The notes under the pieces: model-generated | The model's database searches: none | Told to the model about the DNA's origin: nothing | Seen by the model: only the letters and a program-made list of their open reading frames with translations | Part shown: positions 8,718 through 17,187 of the stretch, piece after piece | How positions within the stretch are numbered: the stretch's first letter is position 1 | Layout of the letters: each line of letters starts with the position of its first letter | Source: Pyrobaculum sp. | Lineage (GTDB): Archaea > Thermoproteota > Thermoprotei > Thermoproteales > Thermoproteaceae | DNA: 24,514 nucleotides | Direction of reading: 5' to 3' | Assembly (NCBI GenBank): GCA_046293555.1 | Contig: JBKBOT010000021.1 | Location: forward strand, 1 to 24,514 | Translations under genes and position numbers: made by a program

Positions 8718-9868
8718 GGACATCTCCTCCAAAACGCGATCTTTATGTCCTCAGTGTTGGCGCAAGGTCTAAGCATTTTCACCAACTTCACAAGCTGCTG
8801 GTCCCTATCGTACCTGATCTTCACTACAGGCAATTTCTCCGAGCCGTGGTGTGGGATGATCAAAAGCCCCCTCGCCAGCGGCTTGGCGTGTTTCACATAG
8901 CTCTGTCCAACCCTGTCGTCCACAACCCCCACCGCGCCGCTGTCCTCAAGGGCGTTGATCACAAACTTCGGATCTCTATCGCCGTAGATGTACCAAACCT
9001 GTCTAGACCCGCCGAAATAGCCCCACGCGACAAGCAACGCGTGGATTGGAGAGACAGCCGCGGTATATACGCCAACCTCCTCGCTCACGGAGACGCCCAC
9101 AGGCTGTGCGGTATATGGAGGCAAAACCTCGTAGTCCACGTCTGTGTACACACCAGCGCCCTTCTTCAGCTCGGCCATGGTCTTTGCGCCGGCCTTAAAC
9201 TCAAGCCCAGTAAGCTCGGCATATATCTTCAACATCTTCTGAGTGGGCAGAGGTATGCGCAACGCCTTAAACCTCCCGCTGGCGACAGCCGCCTGGTCTA
9301 CAAGCTCCGTGGGGACGTTCGTCGTGAGGACCACAACCCCCCTGTGGTTATCCTCAATATGTTCATGCGCCTTGGCCAACATGGCTGACACTATGGAGTT
9401 GTTCTTAAAGCTAAAGCCCCTTCTGGCCACAAGAACCTCCCCCTCGTCGAAAACCAAAACGCCGTTTGTAGACCTAACCCAGGAGAAGTACTTAGCCACC
9501 CTCTTCTCCGTATCGCCAAGCCATTTTATCAAGACAAGGTCAGGCGTGATTACTTTCACCTCCCTCCCCCACTTCTTTGCGAAATACTTCGGCGCATAGG
9601 ACTTGCCAGTCCGCGGGGGGCCAGTTAGGAGGAAAAGGCTGCCCACCTCCCAGTTGGAAAACGCCTTGTCCAACTCCGTGAAGACCTCCCTATATTGTAC
9701 ATATACATCGCCTGTGGATAACTTCTCGGCAATAAACTCATCGCTCTCAACCCGCCTTTCTACTTTAGGCACGTATGAATACTTCGTATATCTCTCCTCG
9801 ATGCATTTCGGCGGGTCTGTATAAATTATCTCAGAATCTCTCTTTATCATGCGGATGCAGGGATACAC
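8714..9868 (-). CDS. AAA+ ATPase, classical (Cdc48/Vps4/PAN-like) clade
   Basis: Walker A LLTGPPRTGKS, pore loop IKWLGDTE, Walker B VLVFDEGE, SRH TTNVP--VDQA---SGRF. Confidence 0.85.
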   Translation of the reverse strand: MYPCIRMIKRDSEIIYTDPPKCIEERYTKYSYVPKVERRVESDEFIAEKLSTGDVYVQYREVFTELDKAFSNWEVGSLFLLTGPPRTGKSYAPKYFAKKWGREVKVITPDLVLIKWLGDTEKRVAKYFSWVRSTNGVLVFDEGEVLVARRGFSFKNNSIVSAMLAKAHEHIEDNHRGVVVLTTNVPTELVDQAAVASGRFKALRIPLPTQKMLKIYAELTGLEFKAGAKTMAELKKGAGVYTDVDYEVLPPYTAQPVGVSVSEEVGVYTAAVSPIHALLVAWGYFGGSRQVWYIYGDRDPKFVINALEDSGAVGVVDDRVGQSYVKHAKPLARGLLIIPHHGSEKLPVVKIRYDRDQQLVKLVKMLRPCANTEDIKIAFWRRCP

Positions 9869-9901
9869 GAAAGTTAATTATTTAAAAAATATATTTATTA
9901 C

Positions 9902-10312
9902 ATGGTTGAAGACAGACGGTACCTATCCTATAGATACCTCACGTCTAAATACGGCTCAGACTTCCTACAGAACATCAAAGACGTCAACTTCCTCATGTTT
10001 GTAGTAGAGCTGCTTTCACAAGACGCCATGTTGTACATACCAAAACCAGACAGCTACGTAGTGGACCCAAAGACGGAGAGGATATACATCGACTACGGCT
10101 GTGCGTCATTGGTGGTAGACATACCACGTAAGGCCATCTACCTCGCCGTGGCGAACAAAGATATACCAACGCCGCTTATCTACAAACCAATACAAAAGCT
10201 GGAGGATATAAGAGAGATAGAGAGACAAATAGCCATATCTAAAGCCGCTGGGGACATGGAAGAGGAGGGTGAAGAGGAGGGTGAAGAGGGAGGGGGGAAG
10301 GAAGAAGGCTAA
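9902..10312 (+). CDS. Hypothetical protein with acidic C-terminal tail (EEEGEEEGEEGGGKEEG)
   Basis: Divergent AT-rich promoter at 9871-9900; the tail is encoded by a 12-bp tandem repeat at about 10259-10294. Confidence 0.8.
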   Translation: MVEDRRYLSYRYLTSKYGSDFLQNIKDVNFLMFVVELLSQDAMLYIPKPDSYVVDPKTERIYIDYGCASLVVDIPRKAIYLAVANKDIPTPLIYKPIQKLEDIREIERQIAISKAAGDMEEEGEEEGEEGGGKEEG

Positions 10313-10314
10313 CG

Positions 10315-10823
10315 TCAGAATACCCGTCGTCTCTTTTTTCCGCCGGATTTGTTATGAGGTTTGTCTCCAGATACCACTTCCTCATGTGATTGTTCTGTAG
10401 ACAATCCGTGTACTTCCACCTCTCTACCTAAGAGTGGATATATGATATATCTACCATACAGATCTGTGTTGTAGTCTCTAATGTATATAGTCACAGAGGA
10501 GTCGTCCGGTTTGTTTAAGCACAACCAAGAATATATATTAAGTTTATACCTCCCGACCTCAGCTATGTATGATAGCAAGTAATTGTATCTACCCTTGTTA
10601 ACTGATAGTAGATATCTAGATACTTACTCAATCCATGCCTATCTGCAAACTCTTTGATGATTTTATCCAACGCCTTTACGACCTCGCGTAATGTATATGC
10701 GGTGACCATCATCTTATCTATCTCACCAAACTCCAAACGGTCCATGGCGCCTTTAAAGACCTCTAGATGTGACCTCAACGCCTTTACGACCTCGTTGACC
10801 AGTTGTTTCAACAGTGACGATAT
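10315..10823 (-). pseudogene. Broken member of the Arg-tail paralog family
   Basis: ORF 10563..10877 matches the family N-half (LVNEVVKALRSHLE...FADRHGL). ORF 10315..10578 matches the C-half (LSY...NI...KPDDSSV...YIIYP...KKRRRVF). One extra base at about 10581 joins them. The expected start position reads ATA. Confidence 0.7.
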
Positions 10824-10827
10824 ACTA

Positions 10828-11382
10828 CTATACTCTCCGTTTACGTCGAGTGTTTTTACGCTGCTCGACCTCGGCACCGCTGTGTTTGGGATATATAGTG
10901 CTGTTTATGTAATTGTGTATATATTGTTTAGCCTTACCTATGGGCACTTTCTCCTCAAACCTCACATTGCTGTATGGCCAGATGGTGTATCTATAGAGTT
11001 TCCCCTCTCCGTGGTCTTCCATAAACACGTCTATAGACGCATCGTCCATCCTCTCCATCGGCATAACGATAAATATGTTAAGCACAACGTAGCGCCCAGA
11101 ATGGACAGAATAGATGTTGTTAGACAATGCGAAGATCTTATCTTTTGTGTTCGGCATTGGCATAATGATGTTAGTCGCACTAGAGAAGCCGTATCTACGC
11201 AAGATCTCTTCGATAAGTTTCGTCACGCTAGCCGAAACATCCGCCGGCGGCCTCTCCTTAACCCACTTCATGGCCCCATCAGGACCTGCCTCCTCTGCCA
11301 CCCTCCTGACCTGCTCTAGGTAGGGCTTGGCCAGCCTCAAGACCCCCCACGCCAACTCGCCCGGGAGCTTACGTAGGGACAT
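10828..11382 (-). CDS. Arg-tail paralog family protein (tail RKNTRRKRRV)
   Basis: GAGGT RBS before ATG 11382; close paralog of 11394..11936 (shared KIFALS, NIFIVMPM--MDDASIDVF). Confidence 0.85.
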   Translation of the reverse strand: MSLRKLPGELAWGVLRLAKPYLEQVRRVAEEAGPDGAMKWVKERPPADVSASVTKLIEEILRRYGFSSATNIIMPMPNTKDKIFALSNNIYSVHSGRYVVLNIFIVMPMERMDDASIDVFMEDHGEGKLYRYTIWPYSNVRFEEKVPIGKAKQYIHNYINSTIYPKHSGAEVEQRKNTRRKRRV

Positions 11383-11393
11383 ATACCTCACTA

Positions 11394-11936
11394 TTACGTC
11401 TTCCGTCTACGTCGAGTGTTTTTACGTGAGCTATCGCCACCCCTCTTACGGAGAGACATTGCGTTCCTTAGGTAGTCGGCTAGGTGTTGACTCACCTCGC
11501 CAATGGGCACAGACTGTTCGAAACTCACGCCGCGGTACGGCCCGACTGTATGTCTATAGCTCATCCCACTCCCACGGTCGTGTACAAACACATCTATAGA
11601 CGCATCATCCATTTTTTTCATCGGCATGACGATAAATATGTTAAACAAGGCGCCGTCTTCCGAATAGACGTTGTAAGACAGAGCGAAGATCTTCTCGTCC
11701 ACATTCGCAATGGGTATCACCGTATCGTAGGCTCTAGGTAGGCCGTATTTATCGGCCAGGTTGTTGACAAACTGTATAAGCCCCCTCAAGAGCCCCATCG
11801 GCGGCCTCCCCATGACCCACAACATGGCGCCAGACGGCCCCACCACATTCACCACATTCTTGACTTGGTCGAAATATGGCCTAACCAACTCGGCGACGCC
11901 CCTCGCCACCTCGCCCGAGAGCCTACGTAGAGACAT
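11394..11936 (-). CDS. Arg-tail paralog family protein (tail RKNTRRRRKT)
   Basis: ATG 11936 is 33 nt from the motif promoter. Confidence 0.85.
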   Translation of the reverse strand: MSLRRLSGEVARGVAELVRPYFDQVKNVVNVVGPSGAMLWVMGRPPMGLLRGLIQFVNNLADKYGLPRAYDTVIPIANVDEKIFALSYNVYSEDGALFNIFIVMPMKKMDDASIDVFVHDRGSGMSYRHTVGPYRGVSFEQSVPIGEVSQHLADYLRNAMSLRKRGGDSSRKNTRRRRKT

Positions 11937-11955
11937 ATGTCCCAATACCTAAAGG

Positions 11956-11969
11956 TATATATACGTCAC
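11956..11969 (-). promoter_or_regulatory. Conserved promoter motif GTGACGTATATATA
   Basis: ATG at 11936; the TGA within the motif is also the stop codon of the upstream gene. Confidence 0.75.
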
Positions 11970-12532
11970 CTCCGCCTGCGGCGACGACGCCTATTGTTGT
12001 CTTCACCCCTATCGACATCCTCCTCGTCAAGTCCCATTCTGTGTAACACATTCATATACTCTCTGTATAGATTTTCGATATCCTCCCAACTATATGTCTC
12101 CTCATCTTTCCATCCATGTAGCGGAAATATGGCATAGCTGTAGACCAACTCATCGGTCTCATCGGCTGGGACATATACGTCCACTATAGCGCTTTTCGGC
12201 TTTTGTAACGATAATGCAACGTTTACTGTAAATAGAACTCTCTCGCCTGTTTCAAGCGTGTACGACATTATGTAGATCTTATGATTGGTGTCTACAATCG
12301 GATCGATTATGCCGATAGCGTCGGGGATCCCGTACGCACTAGCAAAAGCCTTGGCGAATCCGTCTACGGCAGATGCGATTTTCTCCATCGTCATATTGAC
12401 AACATTACGTCTAGCTTGTGATTGAGGCCCCGCCCTTGACATCATCTTTACAAACTCCTTGAGGTGTGGCTTGATGACTTTGGCCACCTCCTCCGCTATA
12501 GCCTTAGCTAACTCGCGTGGATGTTCCATCAT
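11966..12532 (-). CDS. Arg-tail paralog family protein (tail R8)
   Basis: HPRELAKAIAEEVA...YGIP...YSYAIFP family motifs. Confidence 0.85.
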   Translation of the reverse strand: MMEHPRELAKAIAEEVAKVIKPHLKEFVKMMSRAGPQSQARRNVVNMTMEKIASAVDGFAKAFASAYGIPDAIGIIDPIVDTNHKIYIMSYTLETGERVLFTVNVALSLQKPKSAIVDVYVPADETDELVYSYAIFPLHGWKDEETYSWEDIENLYREYMNVLHRMGLDEEDVDRGEDNNRRRRRRRR

Positions 12533-13071
12533 GTCCTTTTGCCACGCCTCCTCCTTTTTCTGTCCTCCCCCTTCCCCTCGCCCCCGCCGCCTCCAAACCC
12601 CCCCTCAGCAAACCTGCGCACTTGTTCTGGCGACAAGACTTGTTCGTGCTCCTCGCCTGTAAACGGCGCAATCGCGTATCTATACACAGAGCCGTCTAAA
12701 CCCCTCACGCCTACAGACACGAAAGAGAGCTCCGGCGCATATATGTTCAACGTGATGATGGCAACCACTCTCTTCATGCCGCCTATAACCCAGCTGTATC
12801 CAACCATGAAGCTCCCCTTTTCTTGATCCACAAAGATGGGCTCTATCACCGAGTACACATCCACGCCATATATCTGCCTAATTGCCGTCGTGACTTTATC
12901 TAACTCCGTTATGATCTTACGTATTGCGTAGAGGGCCGCAAGCGGCTCGTCCAAGCCGACATACTTGGCGTTACGGACACGCCTACGGAACTTATCCAAA
13001 TGGGGATAGGCAACCTCGAGGACGTGATCAGCCACCTCCTTTGCTATATCCATTGGATTTTTGCCTTGCAT
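12529..13071 (-). CDS. Arg-tail paralog family protein (Gly linker + RKRRRRGKRT)
   Basis: NPMDIAKEVA...YRYAIAPFTGE; ATG is 33 nt from the motif. Confidence 0.85.
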   Translation of the reverse strand: MQGKNPMDIAKEVADHVLEVAYPHLDKFRRRVRNAKYVGLDEPLAALYAIRKIITELDKVTTAIRQIYGVDVYSVIEPIFVDQEKGSFMVGYSWVIGGMKRVVAIITLNIYAPELSFVSVGVRGLDGSVYRYAIAPFTGEEHEQVLSPEQVRRFAEGGFGGGGGEGKGEDRKRRRRGKRT

Positions 13072-13090
13072 ATACCCCTACGTCTAGAGA

Positions 13091-13104
13091 TATAAATACG
13101 TCAC
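13091..13104 (-). promoter_or_regulatory. Conserved promoter motif GTGACGTATTTATA
   Basis: ATG at 13071 (33 nt away). Confidence 0.75.
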
Positions 13105-13128
13105 CATTTCGCTTATTCCCAGAGAGCC

Positions 13129-13590
13129 TTAACGCGCCGCTTGTCTGCGCCCCCTCTTCCGCCGTGGCTCCTCGTTGTAGTAAATTCTCGCCTCACCTGC
13201 CCACTTGAGTATGTCGTCTTCTGTAATTACCCCGCCGTCCAGAAACGGAGACTTCTCGTACTTACGCACCACTCTGCCATCCCTCACCACATATGCAGCT
13301 ACAGCCATCGAACCCTTTAGGGACATCACTATAACCATTGTGTGATGATGTCTATTTCTCACAATCAGTTTGTACGTCAAGATAAGTAGCCCCCTCTCTT
13401 GCTCTTCAAACACCCTAGCCACTATGTAGGTCCCCTGCTTTTCCGTAACCGTGTAAATATAGTCGTCAATAAGCTTGTTCACCAACAACGTGATTTTATG
13501 TGACATGGAGACATAGGCACTTCCAACCCTTTTTACAACTCTCCTAACCTCTCCAGCCAGCCTGTCTACAAACCCCCTTAGACCGTCCAC
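13129..13590 (-). CDS. Divergent Arg-tail family protein (tail RRKRGRRQAAR)
   Basis: LAGEV N-terminal helix, beta-rich middle, SPF motif and basic tail. Confidence 0.75.
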   Translation of the reverse strand: MDGLRGFVDRLAGEVRRVVKRVGSAYVSMSHKITLLVNKLIDDYIYTVTEKQGTYIVARVFEEQERGLLILTYKLIVRNRHHHTMVIVMSLKGSMAVAAYVVRDGRVVRKYEKSPFLDGGVITEDDILKWAGEARIYYNEEPRRKRGRRQAAR

Positions 13591-14090
13591 CGCCGCCTCC
13601 TACGCCTAGGCGCAGCTCCCGAAGGCGGTTCAAACACGGGCGGCCTAAGCCCGCCTAGAGGGCCGCCATGTAGCCTCTCGCCGGTGAGCGGGTAGACGGC
13701 GTATGGATATTTACCAAACCCCCCCTTCCAGTCGTATACGTTCACCTTCACCAATGCCTTGTCTATATCATGCGGAGGCACAATCACCTTTATGATGGCC
13801 AGCCAATCGCGTGTGTATATGCTATATGAGTATATGTACTGATTGGGATCAAAGGCGAATCCGAAGTCTAAAATAAGGCGTTCAAACCTAGGCAAGTCGT
13901 AGGTTTTGGCAAAGGCCTCCACAAGACCGTCAAGCGCGTTGCCAACCTCTCCCTTGAACTCACTAAACGCCGCGACCAAGTCCAGGCTGGATTTAGCTCT
14001 AGTCGCCCTCTCCTTAAGCCTCTCTATATACGGCTTTACAACCTCGGCCGCCCCCTCGGCCAAGGCCTTGGCAAGATCCCCAGGATGCAT
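13578..14090 (-). CDS. Arg-tail paralog family protein (tail PRRRRRRWTV)
   Basis: MHPGDLAKALAE...YDLP...YAVYPLTGE; ATG is 33 nt from the motif. Confidence 0.85.
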   Translation of the reverse strand: MHPGDLAKALAEGAAEVVKPYIERLKERATRAKSSLDLVAAFSEFKGEVGNALDGLVEAFAKTYDLPRFERLILDFGFAFDPNQYIYSYSIYTRDWLAIIKVIVPPHDIDKALVKVNVYDWKGGFGKYPYAVYPLTGERLHGGPLGGLRPPVFEPPSGAAPRRRRRRWTV

Positions 14091-14109
14091 ATATCCCAAC
14101 GCCTATGGA

Positions 14110-14123
14110 TATAAATACGTCAT
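14110..14123 (-). promoter_or_regulatory. Conserved promoter motif ATGACGTATTTATA
   Basis: ATG at 14090 (33 nt away). Confidence 0.75.
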
Positions 14124-14137
14124 TTTTTACGATTACA

Positions 14138-14686
14138 TTACTGTCGTCTTTTACGCCTTTTACGCATTAAGTCATACGCCTCTTTTGACCCTCCAGCTCC
14201 AAGTACTTTCATATCTTTTGCAGCTCTCTTGACGGCACGTGTGTATTCCTCTAATGACAATTCGTCTTGCTGCCTCTCGTCAGTGAACGGATAAATTGAA
14301 TACAAATATACTTTCCATCTGCCAAAAGCCGTAACGACTATAGACGAACTGTTTGGATCTCGTAACGGTATGGTGATAGTTATGTTTGCTAACTGCCATC
14401 CCCCCTCTGTGAACAAGTTGTATGTTAATATGTACGTTTCTGTCTCAACGTTAATAACAGGCACTGCGTAGATAAACACTTTCGGCAAGCCGTAAGTACG
14501 GACGACGTCCATCACGACGTTGTTTGACGCCTCTATGATCCCTTTAGTGAGGCCATCTAACGCGGCCAACCCCTCTCTAGAGGTGCCGCCCACCTCAGTT
14601 GTTATTGTCTTATATCTCTCTAAATACGGCCTTACCGCTTTGGCGATATTTTCGGCCAACGTTTTCGCCAACTCTTTGGGATACAT
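14138..14686 (-). CDS. Arg-tail paralog family protein (tail RKRRKRRQ)
   Basis: MYPKELAKTLAE...YGLP...YSIYPFTDE. Confidence 0.85.
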   Translation of the reverse strand: MYPKELAKTLAENIAKAVRPYLERYKTITTEVGGTSREGLAALDGLTKGIIEASNNVVMDVVRTYGLPKVFIYAVPVINVETETYILTYNLFTEGGWQLANITITIPLRDPNSSSIVVTAFGRWKVYLYSIYPFTDERQQDELSLEEYTRAVKRAAKDMKVLGAGGSKEAYDLMRKRRKRRQ

Positions 14687-14705
14687 ATGCCACTACACCT
14701 AAAGA

Positions 14706-14719
14706 TATAAATACGTCAT
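14706..14719 (-). promoter_or_regulatory. Conserved promoter motif ATGACGTATTTATA
   Basis: ATG at 14686 (33 nt away). Confidence 0.75.
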
Positions 14720-14738
14720 TGTGGCATATAGTATTGCC

Positions 14739-14819
14739 TTACACATAGGCCAGACCGCATATCTCTAGGCACTTGTGTCTACTAACAACAAGAGCTTTTG
14801 CTAACTCTTTAGGACGTAT
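14739..14819 (-). pseudogene. Relic 5' fragment of an Arg-tail family gene (IRPKELAKAL...)
   Basis: 14790-14819 resembles 14657-14686; the start position reads ATA and no motif promoter remains. Confidence 0.55.
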
Positions 14820-14902
14820 AAACCACTACCTTAACACATACATGTTCCACACACACCCCCAGACTAGAGGTCCCCCACATGCGGCGGCGCCCACCTCTGT
14901 CC

Positions 14903-15388
14903 TCACACCGCCACCCTCTTACGCTGACGTGTTTGATTTACAGCTGTCTGTGTTGTTAACTCTACCTTCTCGCTCTCCTCGCCTGTGGCCAGGTTTAGCC
15001 TGTATACATAACGCTTATCGCGATGTCTTATGTAGACGGTCATATACGACATCTCCGGCCGATGTGCGTATAAGTCAAGACGTAACTCAAACCACCCATC
15101 GCCCCCCTCCAGTGGATACCCCTCTATTGGATACGCCACAAACCTCCCGCTGAGCTTCAACTGCCCCTCGTCGAGACTTATGTGCTCTACATAATACCCC
15201 CGCGTGTAAATCCTCGTGAAGGCGGCCAAAACCTCCACAATCTCCCTCCACCAGTCGTCAACCTCCTCCCTCATGGTCTTGAGGCTGGGCTCCTCCCTAA
15301 TGGACTTCAAAATCCCCGCCAAAGCCCGTCTCGCGTATGAATCCCTCAAGACAAACGTCGCCGTCCGCCTCGCCCACTCCACGTCCAT
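14903..15388 (-). CDS. Hypothetical protein with basic tail (RQRKRVAV), probably a distant array member
   Basis: Helical N-half and beta-rich C-half with YVYRLNLATGE; ATG is 33 nt from the motif. Confidence 0.8.
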   Translation of the reverse strand: MDVEWARRTATFVLRDSYARRALAGILKSIREEPSLKTMREEVDDWWREIVEVLAAFTRIYTRGYYVEHISLDEGQLKLSGRFVAYPIEGYPLEGGDGWFELRLDLYAHRPEMSYMTVYIRHRDKRYVYRLNLATGEESEKVELTTQTAVNQTRQRKRVAV

Positions 15389-15407
15389 ACCCCCACCTGC
15401 CCATCCC

Positions 15408-15421
15408 TATTTATACGTCAC
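15408..15421 (-). promoter_or_regulatory. Conserved promoter motif GTGACGTATAAATA
   Basis: ATG at 15388 (33 nt away). Confidence 0.75.
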
Positions 15422-15571
15422 TACGACAAAAACACACCATCGACACGCACATCGCCGTTGTTTGAATTTATTGAAATTTTTCAACAAAATGGCTGCAACA
15501 ACGCCGCCGCGCGTGTTCTGTCTGTTGTCCTTATATTGTTGCACATGTGTGGACACATGTCATGTATCTCC

Positions 15572-15886
15572 ATGGCGGGGAGATACCAGACGTTTCTCTC
15601 CGCAGCACGTTGGCGCGTGTCATTTGTGTATAGAGACGTCGAGGAGAAATACTTGAGGGCCAAGAGGCTCGCCAAGGCGTATTGGGGCTTGGTGCACGTG
15701 TTGAAGTACGACACCTGCAGCGGCGTGTTAGTCATGCCGCTCGACAACGGTTTTGAGATAGAGATCGGCGATGTGGTTAGGGTGAGGTTTGGAGACGTGG
15801 TGGTGGAGCTCCCAGACGAGAGGCTGTTGATAAGGATGAAGATCTGTGTGGGGGAGGTATGTCTACAGTCGAGGGCGCGGAGTTGA
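15572..15886 (+). CDS. Hypothetical protein
   Basis: Codon usage is protein-like from ATG 15572 onward; the start is uncertain. Confidence 0.6.
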   Translation: MAGRYQTFLSAARWRVSFVYRDVEEKYLRAKRLAKAYWGLVHVLKYDTCSGVLVMPLDNGFEIEIGDVVRVRFGDVVVELPDERLLIRMKICVGEVCLQSRARS

Positions 15887-16000
15887 TGGACAGACCGGCG
15901 CTGGGCCCGTAGCTGTTGACGTTAAAAGCATAAGCCATCGAGGCGAAGCTGTTGAAAAAGGCGATCTGTAGATGATTTATATAGCCCCCCGATGTGAGAT

Positions 16001-16666
16001 GTGAGCAAGAGGGTGACGCTTGAGTTTAAAGACGGCAATATAACACGCATATATACAATGGACGTACGCCTAGCTGAGTTGATAAAAAACGTTGGAAGCA
16101 AGATAGTGGAGATGCTACGCACCGAGCTGAAAGACACGTTGTTGCTTAGGTGTGTCGGTAGGGAGTGGTTCTGCGACGGCGTGACCGGCGTGTCTATAAA
16201 TACACGCATGAGAGAGCCCGCGCCTGTGGTTAACGAATATCTTTTCTCCATCACTCCCAAATCACACCTCTACCTCAGAATTATCGAATTTATTTACTCT
16301 GCAATTTTACATGTTGGCAGGCTGAGGGGCATGCCGTTGACATATAACAACATACTCGAGGTGATGTATCACATCATGCAACGGGACCCTGAACGCGCCG
16401 CCAGATACATAACGTACTTCGGCCTGGCCTTTTCCAAATCCGCAAGGGAGTTCGGAAGGGAGCTTGAGACAGCTAGGAGGTACCTCGAGGAGTTTCTAAA
16501 GGAGGCTGCAGCCGTATTTCCACACAAGCGGGAAAAAATAGAGCAATACATACAGACGGTCCAAAGCGGCATGCCGCTGACGCGGGCAGAGGCGACGTTC
16601 AGACGACGCGAGGCACAGCCGGAGGCGGCGGCTGCGAGGCGGCGGAGGCGGCGCACAGGCATATAG
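16001..16666 (+). CDS. Hypothetical protein with tail AAARRRRRRTGI; paralog of 17188..17760
   Basis: TTTATATA box 25 nt upstream; shares PLTY--I/M-EV--HI--R-P--AA and FLK-A----P-K---I--Y with 17188. Confidence 0.8.
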   Translation: MSKRVTLEFKDGNITRIYTMDVRLAELIKNVGSKIVEMLRTELKDTLLLRCVGREWFCDGVTGVSINTRMREPAPVVNEYLFSITPKSHLYLRIIEFIYSAILHVGRLRGMPLTYNNILEVMYHIMQRDPERAARYITYFGLAFSKSAREFGRELETARRYLEEFLKEAAAVFPHKREKIEQYIQTVQSGMPLTRAEATFRRREAQPEAAAARRRRRRTGI

Positions 16667-16668
16667 TT

Positions 16669-17184
16669 ATGTACAACGACCTTGCGGCATGGACGCTAGC
16701 TACACTCCTGGCCCTGGCAGGTTGGCGTGATGTAAAACACAGAGAGATAGAGGTATGGATCTTCGCCGCAATGGCGCCGCCAGCAGCATATCTCGTTTTG
16801 GCCAGTTGGCAAGACCCCGTATATCAACTCCAGTTCATGTTAGGCGCCGTATATGCCTTGGCGCTGGTATACATCCGCGCAGGCGCTGGCGACATCTTGG
16901 CGGCGCTGGCCGCAGCGGCGGCCGGGGCAACTCTTACCGTGTTTCTCCTTACGGCAACACTCATAGCGTTAACGCCACTGTGGCTGTACGCGTTAAACAC
17001 CAGGAGGCCTTGCCCCATGTCAAGGCGAGAGAGGGCCACGTATATATGCATACGCCGCGGGGAGTTTGGAAAATACGGCGTCGAGGCTGAGGGGGAGTGG
17101 GCAAAGGCGAGGTACGGCCCGCCGTATGTGGCATGGATCGCCGCTGCCGTTTGCGTGACGTATATATATCACTGTTGTGTGTGA
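16669..17184 (+). CDS. Prepilin peptidase, family A24 (GxGD intramembrane aspartic protease, PibD/FlaK-like)
   Basis: WRDVKHREI (first Asp), GAGD (second Asp), C-terminal PY--I motif and multiple TM helices. Confidence 0.8.
   Translation: MYNDLAAWTLATLLALAGWRDVKHREIEVWIFAAMAPPAAYLVLASWQDPVYQLQFMLGAVYALALVYIRAGAGDILAALAAAAAGATLTVFLLTATLIALTPLWLYALNTRRPCPMSRRERATYICIRRGEFGKYGVEAEGEWAKARYGPPYVAWIAAAVCVTYIYHCCV
17155..17168 (+). promoter_or_regulatory. Conserved promoter motif GTGACGTATATATA
   Basis: ATG at 17188 (33 nt away); embedded in the 3' end of the peptidase gene. Confidence 0.75.
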
Positions 17185-17187
17185 CAT

